Shown: positions 1 to 8,786, counted from the first letter of the stretch. The stretch is 63,777 nt of DNA from Oscillospiraceae bacterium (GCA_015065075.1 SVRA01000002.1:1-63777); one strand, 5' to 3'. Notes: a model not told the origin generated them from the letters alone. Numbers and translations: made by a program.

Positions 1-81
1 GCCGTCCGAAGTCTTCATTCTCTTTCTGAAGCCATGCTCCTTTTTTCTCTGACGCTTCTTGGGTTGATAAGTTCTGAGCAT
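1..81 (-). CDS. rpmH: 50S ribosomal protein L34, 5' part (gene continues beyond window start)
   Basis: The reverse complement of 1-81 translates to [27 protein letters not shown], matching the L34 signature (RT.QP..KR...HGFR.RM.T..G). A GGAGG RBS lies 8 nt upstream (90-94). It is absent from the ORF track because it is truncated. Confidence 0.85.
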   Translation of the reverse strand, partial: MLRTYQPKKRQRKKEHGFRKRMKTSDG

Positions 82-188
82 TTGCTGCACCTCCTTAAGT
101 AATAATCGGAAGCGTTTGTCACAGCTCGCACTTGCGAACCGAAACAGCACGTAGGCTATTTTTACGCTTTTACACAATGACATCCTAT

Positions 189-218
189 ATTATACACGAT
201 AAGTTAGTCCGTTGTCAA
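189..218 (-). promoter_or_regulatory. sigma-A type promoter for rpmH
   Basis: The minus strand reads TTGACA (218-213), an 18-nt spacer, then TATAAT (194-189), about 100 nt upstream of the rpmH ATG. Confidence 0.5.
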
Positions 219-305
219 GTGTTTTTCTAAATTTTTCTTTGTTTTTTTCGACACTTTTGACCGACGGAGTACAATTTTTCGCGTTTTTTGATTGTTTTGA
301 AGATT

Positions 306-1724
306 TTATTCGGGTATTTTGGAGATCGTCGACCTATAAACTACCACAAAAAACACTGCGCTGACGATCACGGACATTATCTCGGCGATCGGGAACGCCC
401 ACCAAACTGCAGTAACGTCGCCAAGCTGTGCGAGCAAGATCGCCACGGGAACGAGAACGACGAGCTGACGCGCGATCGAAACGAACATTGAATATATGCT
501 CTTTCCAAGTGCTTGGAAGACCGAGCCGATGATGATGCAGAATCCTGCGAATACGAACGACAGCGATATCGTTCTCAGGCAAGGAACAGCGATAGAGAGC
601 GATGCCGCGTCATGCATATTGAACAGACCGAGCAAGGTCTCGGGAAAGAGCTGGAAGGCAAGCAAGCCAAGAGACATATAACCGACGGCGTACATTATTC
701 CAAGTTTGACGGTTTTCGTCATTCTCTTGCGCTTCTGCGCGCCGTAGTTGAAAGCAACTATCGGAACTATTCCATTATTAAGACCAAAGATGGGCATAAA
801 GATAAAGCTTTGGAGCTTGAAATATACTCCGAACGCGTTTTGCGCGATCTGACCGATGGTCTGCTCCGTTCCCTTGACGATCGTCGAAAATCCGTCAAGA
901 ACTCTATTGAACATTACGTTCATGACCGATCCGATCGATGCCATAACTATCGAAGGGACGCCTATGGCGTATATTTTACCGATTATTTTTCCGTCGGGAC
1001 GGAATTTTTTGAACGAGAGCTTAATGTCGGTGTTATATTTTACGTTGAGGAAGATGCCGAGGACAAACGCCGCTATCTGACCGATAACGGTTGCTATTGC
1101 CGCTCCCTTGATGCCCATGCCGAGCGTGAAGATGAAAATGGGGTCAAGAATTATATTGATTACGGCGCCTATTCCCTGTGTCACCATTGCAAGTCCGGTC
1201 TTTCCCGTTGAGATCATCAGTCTTTCCATAACGACCTGACCGAAAACGCCGAACGACCATATATAGCAGACCGAAAGGTAATCTTCACCAAATCCGATAA
1301 CCGCCTCATTTGAGGTCATCCAGCCCATATAGCTTCTTATGCAGGTCAATCCGAGCACGAGGAAGACAATATAGCTGCAAAGTGCGAGGAAAACTCCGTT
1401 TGCCGCGATCTTGTTCGCCTTTTCGTGATCCTTTTCGCCAAGGCTCTTTGACAAAAGCGCATTTATACCAACTCCCGTACCCGTTGCGACGGCAATTATA
1501 AAGTTTTGCGCCGCAAACGCAAGCGAGATCGCAGTCAGCTCGTTTTGAGTTTCCGAGATCCTTGCAACGAATAAGCTATCTACGATGTTGTACAGCGCTT
1601 GAACGAGCATTGATGCAACCATAGGCAACGACATACTCAAAAGCAGCTTGTTGACGGGCATCGTGCCCATTTTGTTCTCTGCGGGAGCGCCGTTTGCTAC
1701 CGCCATCCTTTTCTTTTTGAACAT
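306..1724 (-). CDS. MATE family efflux transporter
   Basis: 472-aa polytopic ORF. The N-terminus (MPVNKLLLSMSLPMVASMLVQALYNIVDSLFVARI) is the typical MATE/NorM-type opening, and hydrophobic segments run throughout. Confidence 0.85.
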   Translation of the reverse strand: MFKKKRMAVANGAPAENKMGTMPVNKLLLSMSLPMVASMLVQALYNIVDSLFVARISETQNELTAISLAFAAQNFIIAVATGTGVGINALLSKSLGEKDHEKANKIAANGVFLALCSYIVFLVLGLTCIRSYMGWMTSNEAVIGFGEDYLSVCYIWSFGVFGQVVMERLMISTGKTGLAMVTQGIGAVINIILDPIFIFTLGMGIKGAAIATVIGQIAAFVLGIFLNVKYNTDIKLSFKKFRPDGKIIGKIYAIGVPSIVMASIGSVMNVMFNRVLDGFSTIVKGTEQTIGQIAQNAFGVYFKLQSFIFMPIFGLNNGIVPIVAFNYGAQKRKRMTKTVKLGIMYAVGYMSLGLLAFQLFPETLLGLFNMHDAASLSIAVPCLRTISLSFVFAGFCIIIGSVFQALGKSIYSMFVSIARQLVVLVPVAILLAQLGDVTAVWWAFPIAEIMSVIVSAVFFVVVYRSTISKIPE

Positions 1725-1772
1725 TTTCTCTCCATTTTATATATGATCTTATTTTTTGTCGCAAACAGGACT

Positions 1773-1801
1773 ATCATAACATTTTTTGACCCGAAAGTCA
1801 A
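1773..1801 (-). promoter_or_regulatory. sigma-A type promoter for the MATE gene
   Basis: The minus strand reads TTGACT-N17-TATGAT, about 50 nt upstream of the start codon. Confidence 0.45.
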
Positions 1802-1846
1802 TAGTATAATCAAATTTTTGCTCTTTATTAACATTTTTAAAATTGC

Positions 1847-1875
1847 TTGACTTGGTGGGGGAAAAATGTTATAAT
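1847..1875 (+). promoter_or_regulatory. sigma-A type promoter for holA
   Basis: TTGACT (1847-1852), a 17-nt spacer, then TATAAT (1870-1875). It is divergent from the MATE promoter. Confidence 0.5.
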
Positions 1876-1909
1876 TACTATGTATTTCAAAGAAAAGGAG
1901 GTCGGGCAG

Positions 1910-2935
1910 ATGAATATGATCAAGGAATCGGATTTTCGAAAGGAGATCAAAGCCAACCCGGGCAAAGCGTATTTGTTCTTTGGGGAAGAAGACTATATGA
2001 AGGTCGTTGATGTCAAGACCGCGATCGAAGCCATATCGCCGGATCCGTCCCTTTCATTTTTTAATGAGATAAGACTCGATTCTTTTACTTATTCTCCCGA
2101 TGCGCTTCTTGATGCCTTGATGCCGCTTCCTATGATGGCAGACAGAAAGATCATCGTTTTATCGTGGCTCGACCTTGGTGCAATGAAATCTGCTGAGATC
2201 GACTCGCTCTGCGCAGTTCTTGCGCAGCTGGATGAGTACGATTACAATACGGTAATATTGACCGTGGCTTCGGATCGGTTAGATCCCGGCAGATCTCCAA
2301 AGCAGCCCTCTGCACTGCTCAAAAAGCTTGGCGAGCATCTAACGTTGGTAAACTTCGAAAAAAACACTCCCTCCCGTCTTGCTGCATGGATAGGTAAGCA
2401 TTTCTCGCATAACGGAGTTTCGGCGTCTCCGAGCGTGTGCGCTTACGTCATCGAGCGTTGTGGAAGAGATATGTTTACTTTGGCTTCCGAGACCGATAAG
2501 CTTGCCCACTACGTGCTCTCACTTGACAGAACGGAAGTTTTGAAAAGCGATGTTGATATTGTAGCCGTACCTACCATCGAATATGACACGTATGCGTTTG
2601 CCAACGCGATAGGCGCGGGGCGAAGAGAAGAAGCGCTTAATATTTTGAGTGACTTCAAACTCAGAAGAATAGATCCCATTATTATTATGTCCGAAATATC
2701 GAAAACCGCGTGTGAGATGCTCTCTGTTTCATCATTGCGCGCCGAAGGGTTGACTTCGGGAGAGATTTCTGCAGCTTTGAGAATGCACGAATACAAGGTT
2801 TCCTTGATGCTTCGAAGCTGCCCCTCGGTAGAGGAATGCAAAAACATGGTCCGCAGATGTCGCAATGCTGACCTTGAGCTTAAGGGATTCTCTGACGGAT
2901 ATGCAGTGCTTGAAAAGCTGGTCTGCGTTATCTGA
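1910..2935 (+). CDS. holA: DNA polymerase III delta subunit
   Basis: The opening ...NPGKAYLFFGEEDYMKV... and the ~340-aa length fit HolA. The start is moved to the ATG at 1910, which follows an AAGGAGG RBS (1895-1901); the ORF-track start at 1847 lies inside the promoter. Confidence 0.75.
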   Translation: MNMIKESDFRKEIKANPGKAYLFFGEEDYMKVVDVKTAIEAISPDPSLSFFNEIRLDSFTYSPDALLDALMPLPMMADRKIIVLSWLDLGAMKSAEIDSLCAVLAQLDEYDYNTVILTVASDRLDPGRSPKQPSALLKKLGEHLTLVNFEKNTPSRLAAWIGKHFSHNGVSASPSVCAYVIERCGRDMFTLASETDKLAHYVLSLDRTEVLKSDVDIVAVPTIEYDTYAFANAIGAGRREEALNILSDFKLRRIDPIIIMSEISKTACEMLSVSSLRAEGLTSGEISAALRMHEYKVSLMLRSCPSVEECKNMVRRCRNADLELKGFSDGYAVLEKLVCVI

Positions 2936-3015
2936 TACGGTTTTTACACATTGACCTGTCAAAGCTTGAACCTCGACGTTGTCGAAAACGATGGGATCAG
3001 GGCGCAATTTATCTA

Positions 3016-3044
3016 TTGACAAATCTTATTCAATGTTATATAAT
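3016..3044 (+). promoter_or_regulatory. sigma-A consensus promoter
   Basis: Perfect TTGACA-N17-TATAAT (3016-3021 / 3039-3044) upstream of the HPr-like gene. Confidence 0.55.
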
Positions 3045-3097
3045 TATTTTGTAAGGTCCGATATGGACAAATTAACCAGAAAGAAAGGAACCACAAA

Positions 3098-3328
3098 ATG
3101 ACATTTAATATTCAAGTAAAAGAAATCAATGACGTTTATAAACTCGTTAACATTCTCATTGGCTTTGACGGATACGTTGATCTCGAATCCGGAAGATATA
3201 AGGTTGACGGAAAGTCTATCCTCGGTATTTTTAGTTTGGATCTTCGCCAGCCCATCAAGCTGACCTACGATTCCGAAAAAGACGCGGACAAGCTTTACGA
3301 GCAGCTCAAGCCCTTTATCGTTGATTAA
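3098..3328 (+). CDS. HPr-fold small protein (HPr family, lacking the His15 region)
   Basis: 76 aa. The segment VDGKSILGIFSLDL resembles the HPr Ser46 region (KSIMGVMSLG). There is no N-terminal GLHARPA/His15 motif. An RBS GAAAGGAA lies upstream. Confidence 0.55.
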   Translation: MTFNIQVKEINDVYKLVNILIGFDGYVDLESGRYKVDGKSILGIFSLDLRQPIKLTYDSEKDADKLYEQLKPFIVD

Positions 3329-3342
3329 TTTTTAATTTAGAG

Positions 3343-3362
3343 GGCGGCGAAAGCCGCCTTTT
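3343..3362 (+). terminator. rho-independent terminator
   Basis: GGCGGC-GAAA-GCCGCC hairpin followed by TTTT. Confidence 0.6.
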
Positions 3363-3383
3363 AATAATTTAAGAGGAATTTGT

Positions 3384-4775
3384 ATGAATCAGCTTGACAC
3401 GATAGCCGCGATCAGTACCCCTTACGGTAAGGGCGGTATTGCCGTCCTTCGCGTTTCGGGAGAGGACGCTATCAAGGTTGCTTCAAGGGTATTTGAAGCT
3501 AAAAGTGGAAAAGCGCTTGGGGATATAGCGAGCTCAAGGGCGGTGTACGGTTATATTTTAGAGAATTCAAACGGCAAGAGGGTACAGATAGACGACGGAC
3601 TTGCCGTCTGTTTTCGCGCACCCAATTCGTTCACGGGAGAGGATACGGTAGAGATTTCCTGTCACGGTGGAGTTTTGGTTACACAAAAGGTGCTCTCCGC
3701 TCTGCTTATGGCGGGAGCGAGAATGGCAATGCCCGGTGAGTTCACCAAACGGTCATTTATTAATGGGAAAATGAGTCTTACGAGCGCGGAGGCGCTTGGC
3801 GATCTTCTCGAGGCACAGACCGACGAGCAAATAATGCTTGCCCGTTCGGGAATGAAGGGCGTTTTGTCGGGTGCGGTCGGGGAGATATACAATTCTCTTT
3901 GCGACGTGCTTGCGGCGATCTACGCTCATATCGACTATCCTGACGAAGATCTTGCTGATATCAGTCACGAGGAAGCCTTGACGGTTGCCAAAGATAATCT
4001 CATCAGACTCAAAAGGCTGTCGAAGACCTATTCCACGGGACGAGCTGTTATGGGAGGCATACCCACAGTCATTTTAGGAAGAACAAACGCGGGAAAAAGC
4101 TCGCTGTACAACAGAATCGTCGGCAGAGATGCGGCAATAGTTACCGATATTGAAGGAACGACACGTGACGTGTTGACCGAGACCGCAAAGCTTGGTAGAG
4201 TCATTCTGCGACTTTCCGACACTGCGGGACTTCGCGAGTCTGGAGACGTGGTTGAAAAGATCGGAATAGATCGTGCTCGTCAGGCGGCGGAGTCTGCGGA
4301 GCTTGTGCTGGCAGTCTTTGACGGCAGTCGAGTGCCCGACGACAATGATGCGGAGTTCGTTGAGTATTTGCAAACGATAGGTGGAGTCAAGGTCGCGGTA
4401 GTCAACAAGAGTGATCTTGGAATATTGCCCGAGGTGAATGGCCTTTTGTCGAATTTTGAGTATATTTGTCAGGTCTCTGCGGAGTCGGGCGACGGGTTCG
4501 ACAAGCTTGCTCTTCTGATAGAACAGCTATATATCGACAATGATCTTGACACGGGCAGAGACGCTATCATATCAAACGCACGTCAAGCGGCATCGGTCAG
4601 CTCTGCTATTGAGGCGCTCGAGATCGCAGTCAATGCGATTTCGGCAGAACTTCCTCTCGAGATATGCTGCGCAGAGATCGAAAACACGCTCTCTGCCCTC
4701 GGTGAGCTCGACGGAAGAACGGTATCCGAGGATATCGTTTCTCGAATTTTTGCTAATTTTTGCGTAGGAAAGTAA
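3384..4775 (+). CDS. mnmE: tRNA modification GTPase MnmE
   Basis: 463 aa with an N-terminal DTIAAISTP..GGIAVLRVSG, a G-domain P-loop GRTNAGKSSL, DTAGLR, and the diagnostic C-terminal FCVGK. Confidence 0.95.
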   Translation: MNQLDTIAAISTPYGKGGIAVLRVSGEDAIKVASRVFEAKSGKALGDIASSRAVYGYILENSNGKRVQIDDGLAVCFRAPNSFTGEDTVEISCHGGVLVTQKVLSALLMAGARMAMPGEFTKRSFINGKMSLTSAEALGDLLEAQTDEQIMLARSGMKGVLSGAVGEIYNSLCDVLAAIYAHIDYPDEDLADISHEEALTVAKDNLIRLKRLSKTYSTGRAVMGGIPTVILGRTNAGKSSLYNRIVGRDAAIVTDIEGTTRDVLTETAKLGRVILRLSDTAGLRESGDVVEKIGIDRARQAAESAELVLAVFDGSRVPDDNDAEFVEYLQTIGGVKVAVVNKSDLGILPEVNGLLSNFEYICQVSAESGDGFDKLALLIEQLYIDNDLDTGRDAIISNARQAASVSSAIEALEIAVNAISAELPLEICCAEIENTLSALGELDGRTVSEDIVSRIFANFCVGK

Positions 4776-4796
4776 TATAAATAGAAAGATTTTGAA

Positions 4797-5564
4797 ATGA
4801 AAATACTTGCCATAGGCGATATCGTCGGTGTTAGGGCGATAGAGCATTTAAAACAAAACTTGTGGGGCATTCGGCGCAAGCTTGGCATAGATTTCGTCGT
4901 GGCTAACGGCGAGAATGCCACCGAAATACACGGTCTTAGCGCCTCGGACGCCCAAAAGATACTTGACTCGGGTGTAGATCTCATTACTATGGGAAACCAC
5001 ACCTGGTCGAAGCGGGACTTGTACAATTTTCTTGACGACAATTCCGACAAGATAATCAGACCTGCAAATTACCCAGGAAACGCTCCCGGTTGCTCTTATA
5101 CGACGGTCGACGTTGGCGGATACAGACTGCTTTGCATGAACGTTCAGGGAGTGGCGTTTATGGATCCGCTTGCCGATCCCTTTGAGGCGGTCGAATACAT
5201 ACTTGCGCGCGAGGAGGGAGAATACGATCTTTCCCTGCTCGATTTTCACGCCGAGGCGACGTCTGAAAAGTACGCTATGGCGCGCGTTTTTGACGGCAAG
5301 ATCAGTATGATCTTCGGCACACACACCCACGTTGCGACCGCCGACTGTCAGATCCTGCCCGGTGGTACAGCATACGTTACCGATCTCGGAATGACGGGAC
5401 CCGTGAATGGAATTCTCGGTACGGACAGTGAGCGCGTGCTTCGGAAGATGAGAATGCACATGCCGTCTCAATTTATCGTTGCTGACGGAGAGATCAAGTC
5501 CGACGCGGTGATCTTTGAGACCGACGGCGAAAAAATGACGAAGATCTCGCGAATAAGATTTTGA
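4797..5564 (+). CDS. ymdB: YmdB-family metallophosphoesterase (2',3'-cyclic-nucleotide phosphodiesterase type)
   Basis: The motifs MKILAIGDIVG, ANGENA, MGNH, DFHAEATSEK and GTHTHV.TAD match the YmdB/TIGR00282 family pattern. Confidence 0.85.
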   Translation: MKILAIGDIVGVRAIEHLKQNLWGIRRKLGIDFVVANGENATEIHGLSASDAQKILDSGVDLITMGNHTWSKRDLYNFLDDNSDKIIRPANYPGNAPGCSYTTVDVGGYRLLCMNVQGVAFMDPLADPFEAVEYILAREEGEYDLSLLDFHAEATSEKYAMARVFDGKISMIFGTHTHVATADCQILPGGTAYVTDLGMTGPVNGILGTDSERVLRKMRMHMPSQFIVADGEIKSDAVIFETDGEKMTKISRIRF

Positions 5565-5592
5565 TCTTTTCGGCGAATTTTACAGATTATTT

Positions 5593-5618
5593 GTGCCGCC
5601 GCAAGTGGCGGAATGGAG
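5593..5618 (+). repeat. 26-nt hairpin-plus-SD module, copy A
   Basis: TGCCGCCGCAAGTGGCGGAATGGAGG. It differs by 1 nt from copy B, and that change keeps pairing as G-U. Confidence 0.8.
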
Positions 5619-5711
5619 GACAGCGTGAAGGCGAGGGCGCCTTTATAGGTAATTTAAACCGCTTCACGCACGAATTTTGCCTTGTTGGCAAAATTCAACG
5701 CTTACTTTTTA

Positions 5712-5737
5712 TGCCGCCGCAAGCGGCGGAATGGAGG
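5712..5737 (+). repeat. 26-nt hairpin-plus-SD module, copy B (immediately upstream of the 5743 start)
   Basis: TGCCGCCGCAAGCGGCGGAATGGAGG. The stem is CCGCCGC/GCGGCGG with a 2-nt loop, and the GGAGG serves as the RBS for the ATG at 5743. Confidence 0.8.
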
Positions 5738-5742
5738 TTAAT

Positions 5743-6504
5743 ATGGGACGTATGCTTGGCGCTCACGATTCAAGTGAGCTTGACAGACCAGATCTTAATA
5801 AATGCCCCGATTGCAGATGCTTTTTTGCGGGCGATAACTGCCCCTTGTGCGGCAAGGAATGCCCCGAGGAGATGCGCGCGGGAAACAGAGCCAAGGTCAA
5901 GCCGCCAAAGCGCCGCCGCGCCGACTCGGGAAGAGTGACATTCGTGTCGTGGTATCACAGCTGGTGGTGCATAATTCTGGCGCTGATCTTTTCGCCGATA
6001 ATTGGTATCATTCTTCTCGTTACGAGCCCTCACGAAAAGTCCAAGAAAATAATCGTAGTCGTTATCGGAGTCGTCTGGTTGCTACTATCAACCTTTGGAC
6101 TTTCTATCCTTTCGGGAATATTGAATATTTTCGACAAGCCCGTTGATACTTCCCTATCCCGCGAGGAATATATAGAAAAATGTGAGACTGTGAGCGTTGA
6201 GGATTATTACAGACGTTCCAATCGCTATAAAGATGAATTTGTAACGCTGACCCTGGTCGTTTCCGAAAAATTTATCGACGCGGAGGGATACAAATACACA
6301 ACTTACTATTTTTGTTCCGACGTCGATGGAGAATATCAGATAATGATCCGCGATTGCTCGCAGGACGAGCAGTGCAACTACGCGAAGGGCGATATTATCG
6401 TGATATACGGAGAGGGCGCAGGGGAAAAAGAAATATACGACGCTCAATACGAATTGAGAACGGGAGCGTGTGTTAACGCAGCGTATATTGAGATCGTGCA
6501 GTAA
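5743..6504 (+). CDS. zinc-ribbon membrane protein, function unknown
   Basis: An N-terminal CPDC-x10-CPLC zinc ribbon, then two TM helices, then a ~140-aa C-terminal domain. The start is chosen at the ATG 5 nt after GGAGG; the upstream part of the ORF-track frame covers the repeat region. Confidence 0.6.
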   Translation: MGRMLGAHDSSELDRPDLNKCPDCRCFFAGDNCPLCGKECPEEMRAGNRAKVKPPKRRRADSGRVTFVSWYHSWWCIILALIFSPIIGIILLVTSPHEKSKKIIVVVIGVVWLLLSTFGLSILSGILNIFDKPVDTSLSREEYIEKCETVSVEDYYRRSNRYKDEFVTLTLVVSEKFIDAEGYKYTTYYFCSDVDGEYQIMIRDCSQDEQCNYAKGDIIVIYGEGAGEKEIYDAQYELRTGACVNAAYIEIVQ

Positions 6505-6539
6505 TTTTTTAAAACAAGCTACATAAAAGGAGAATTTGT

Positions 6540-8300
6540 ATGTATAACGAATGGTCACTTGACATTTTTTACAAGGGAATGAATGATCCTGCGCTCGAGA
6601 GCGATATGAAAAAGCTTGAAGGGGCAGTTTCAGACTATAAATCCGTCATTTCAGCGCTTTCTTATGACGACACGGCAGGCACTCTCCGCAGGATAATAGA
6701 TCTGAAAGAAACGATTTCTCTTCTCGTGCGCCGTCTGGCAGGGTATTTCAGTCTTCGCCGTTCCACCAACAGCGCAGACTCGGAGGTTTCGATTCCCCAA
6801 ACTAAAATTCAGATGCTTATGTCGGGCATGGCGAAGGAAAACGTCATGTTTGAAAAATACGTAGGCAATATAGAAAATCTTGATGAAATTATAGCCAAGG
6901 ATGACGTGCTCGCGGAGTATGCCTTCTATTTTGGCGAAATAAAGCAGTCTGTTTCTCACAACATGAGCGATGATGCCGAGGCCGTGTTCGCGAAAATGAA
7001 CGTTTCGGGCGGTCGTGCGTGGGGCGATCTTTTCTCATATCTCACCGCTACTGTTGAGGTGGACTACAAGGGAGGAAAGACCACGCTGGCATCTATCCGA
7101 GGTCTTGCGGAGAGCAATGATGCCGCCGAAAGAAAGGCGGCTTATGAAGCAGAGCTTGCCTGCTATAGTAAATACAAGGATTCCGTTGCGTTCGCACTCA
7201 ACAGCATAAAGGCGCAGGTCAACACCGAGGCGGAGCTTCGCGGATATGCAAGCCCTCTCGATATGACTCTTGAGCATTCGAGAATGCAGAGGGCAACGCT
7301 CGACGCGATGCTTGAGGCGATGCGTGAGTATCTTCCGAAGTTCCGTCAGTATCTCAGGCATAAGGCAGATTTGCTTGGCTATAAGAACGGTCTTCCTTGG
7401 TATGAGATCTTGGCTCCCATGGGAAATGCAGGCGAAAAGGAGTTTACGGCAGAAGAAGCACACAAATATCTTGTAGAGCACTTTGAGAGCTTTGCGCCCG
7501 ATCTTGCAGAGATGGTAGACGAGGCGTTCAAGAACGAGTGGATAGACTTCTATTCTCGTCCCGGCAAGGTTGGCGGTGCGTTTTGTTCCAATCTTCCCTT
7601 CCTCAAGCAAAGTCGAGTTCTGACCAATTTCTCTGGAAGCTTTGGATCGGTGGTTACTCTTGCTCACGAGCTCGGTCACGCTTATCACGGAATGATGATA
7701 CAGGATCACCGTCCTCTCAACACGGGATATACTATGCCCGTGGCGGAGACCGCATCCAATTTCAACGAGCTTATAATAGTTAACGATGCTATTGCAAAAT
7801 CCTCGGGCGAGGAAAAGATACAGCTTATTGAGAGTCAGATCCAGGATTGCACGCAGACGATCGTTGACATATACTCTCGTTTCCTCTTTGAAGACGAGGT
7901 TATTCGTCGCCGCAAGAACACCTTTATGTTCGCAAAAGATCTTGAAAACATTATGATAAACGCGCAGAAGGAGGCGTTTGGCGACGCGCTTGATCCCGAG
8001 TATCTCCATCCGTATATGTGGTGCTGCAAGAGCCACTACTATAGTGCGGGACTCAGCTATTATAACTTCCCCTATGCGTTCGGCGGTCTCTTCTCACGCG
8101 GACTTTACGCGAAATATCTCGAGGAGGGAGAAGCGTTTCTGCCTAAATATCGTGCGTTGCTTAAGGCTACCACGGTAGATACGGTTGAAAACGTAGCGAA
8201 GATAGCGGGAATAGATCTGACCAAGCCAGAATTTTGGAGAAAAAGTCTGCAGGTGATAGCGGACAAGATCGATGAATTTATTGCCGAGACTAGCAAATAA
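6540..8300 (+). CDS. pepF: M3B oligoendopeptidase F family
   Basis: 586 aa with the zinc motif HELGHAYH; the overall length fits PepF. Confidence 0.9.
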   Translation: MYNEWSLDIFYKGMNDPALESDMKKLEGAVSDYKSVISALSYDDTAGTLRRIIDLKETISLLVRRLAGYFSLRRSTNSADSEVSIPQTKIQMLMSGMAKENVMFEKYVGNIENLDEIIAKDDVLAEYAFYFGEIKQSVSHNMSDDAEAVFAKMNVSGGRAWGDLFSYLTATVEVDYKGGKTTLASIRGLAESNDAAERKAAYEAELACYSKYKDSVAFALNSIKAQVNTEAELRGYASPLDMTLEHSRMQRATLDAMLEAMREYLPKFRQYLRHKADLLGYKNGLPWYEILAPMGNAGEKEFTAEEAHKYLVEHFESFAPDLAEMVDEAFKNEWIDFYSRPGKVGGAFCSNLPFLKQSRVLTNFSGSFGSVVTLAHELGHAYHGMMIQDHRPLNTGYTMPVAETASNFNELIIVNDAIAKSSGEEKIQLIESQIQDCTQTIVDIYSRFLFEDEVIRRRKNTFMFAKDLENIMINAQKEAFGDALDPEYLHPYMWCCKSHYYSAGLSYYNFPYAFGGLFSRGLYAKYLEEGEAFLPKYRALLKATTVDTVENVAKIAGIDLTKPEFWRKSLQVIADKIDEFIAETSK

Positions 8301-8317
8301 GATATAGCGTATAAAAG

Positions 8318-8353
8318 CAGAAAGCTCCGCCGACTACTCGGCGGAGCTGCTTG
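8318..8353 (+). terminator. terminator-like hairpin after pepF
   Basis: AGCTCCGCCG-ACTACT-CGGCGGAGCT stem-loop 20 nt after the stop codon. The T-run is weak. Confidence 0.5.
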
Positions 8354-8432
8354 TTATATGTGATGTTTTGCACAGCAAAACTTGGTGAGTGAGAGATAGC
8401 GAACGTAAGAATCGTTTCGCTTTGCGAAACAG

Positions 8433-8470
8433 GAACCTTTGCCCAAAAATTGCAAGCAATTTTTGGCGAT
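8433..8470. repeat. 38-nt intergenic repeat, copy 1 (contains a 10-bp hairpin)
   Basis: GAACCTTTGCCCAAAAATTGCAAGCAATTTTTGGCGAT. Confidence 0.8.
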
Positions 8471-8566
8471 GGATTCGCCACGGGCAATCAAAAAAGGAAG
8501 AGCCGCACTATGTGATTTGAGAGATTTTTTACAAGGGCATCGAGCCCTCGTAAAAAATGGGAATCA

Positions 8567-8604
8567 GAACCTTTGCACAAAATTTGCAAGCAAATTTTGG
8601 CGAT
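8567..8604. repeat. 38-nt intergenic repeat, copy 2
   Basis: GAACCTTTGCACAAAATTTGCAAGCAAATTTTGGCGAT. It has 3 differences from copy 1, two of which are compensatory within the hairpin. Confidence 0.8.
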
Positions 8605-8634
8605 TAGAGTTCAATTGAACCCGTATGGGAAAGC

Positions 8635-8676
8635 AAAAAAGGAAACGTCCGAACAAGTTCGGACGTTTCCTTTTTT
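8635..8676. terminator. bidirectional rho-independent terminator (ends the tRNA operon on the minus strand)
   Basis: AAAAAA + GGAAACGTCCGAAC-AA-GTTCGGACGTTTCC + TTTTTT. Confidence 0.7.
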
Positions 8677-8750
8677 GGTGACCCGTACGGGAATCGAACC
8701 CATGTTACAGCCGTGAAAGGGCCGTGTCTTAACCGCTTGACCAACGGGCC
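8676..8750 (-). tRNA. tRNA-Glu (anticodon UUC)
   Basis: The reverse complement is GGCCCGTTGGTCAAGCGGTTAAGACACGGCCCTTTCACGGCTGTAACATGGGTTCGATTCCCGTACGGGTCACCA. It has a 7-bp acceptor stem, a CTTTCAC anticodon loop and an encoded CCA, and is near-identical in layout to B. subtilis tRNA-Glu. Confidence 0.9.
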
Positions 8751-8786
8751 TTAATTTCACCGCTTTTGCGGTGAAATTTTTTTAAA

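Noticed and set aside
100-305. A possible oriC with DnaA boxes next to rpmH. I also looked at 21400-21690 and 47551-48117.
   Set aside because: I found no TTATCCACA/TGTGGATAA-like boxes by eye, and dnaA is not in the window. A proper PWM scan was not possible.
5561-5938. A 125-aa ORF, and the longer 5677 start for the zinc-ribbon protein.
   Set aside because: The frames run through the hairpin/SD repeats. The ATG at 5743 has a proper GGAGG RBS, and the zinc ribbon begins right after it.
7035-8036. Medium-length antisense ORFs inside pepF. The same class occurs at 14433-15299, 18031-18756, 19353-20300, 23371-24537, 24691-25521 and 41287-42207.
   Set aside because: These are also codon-aligned shadows, and each overlaps a gene with strong motif support.
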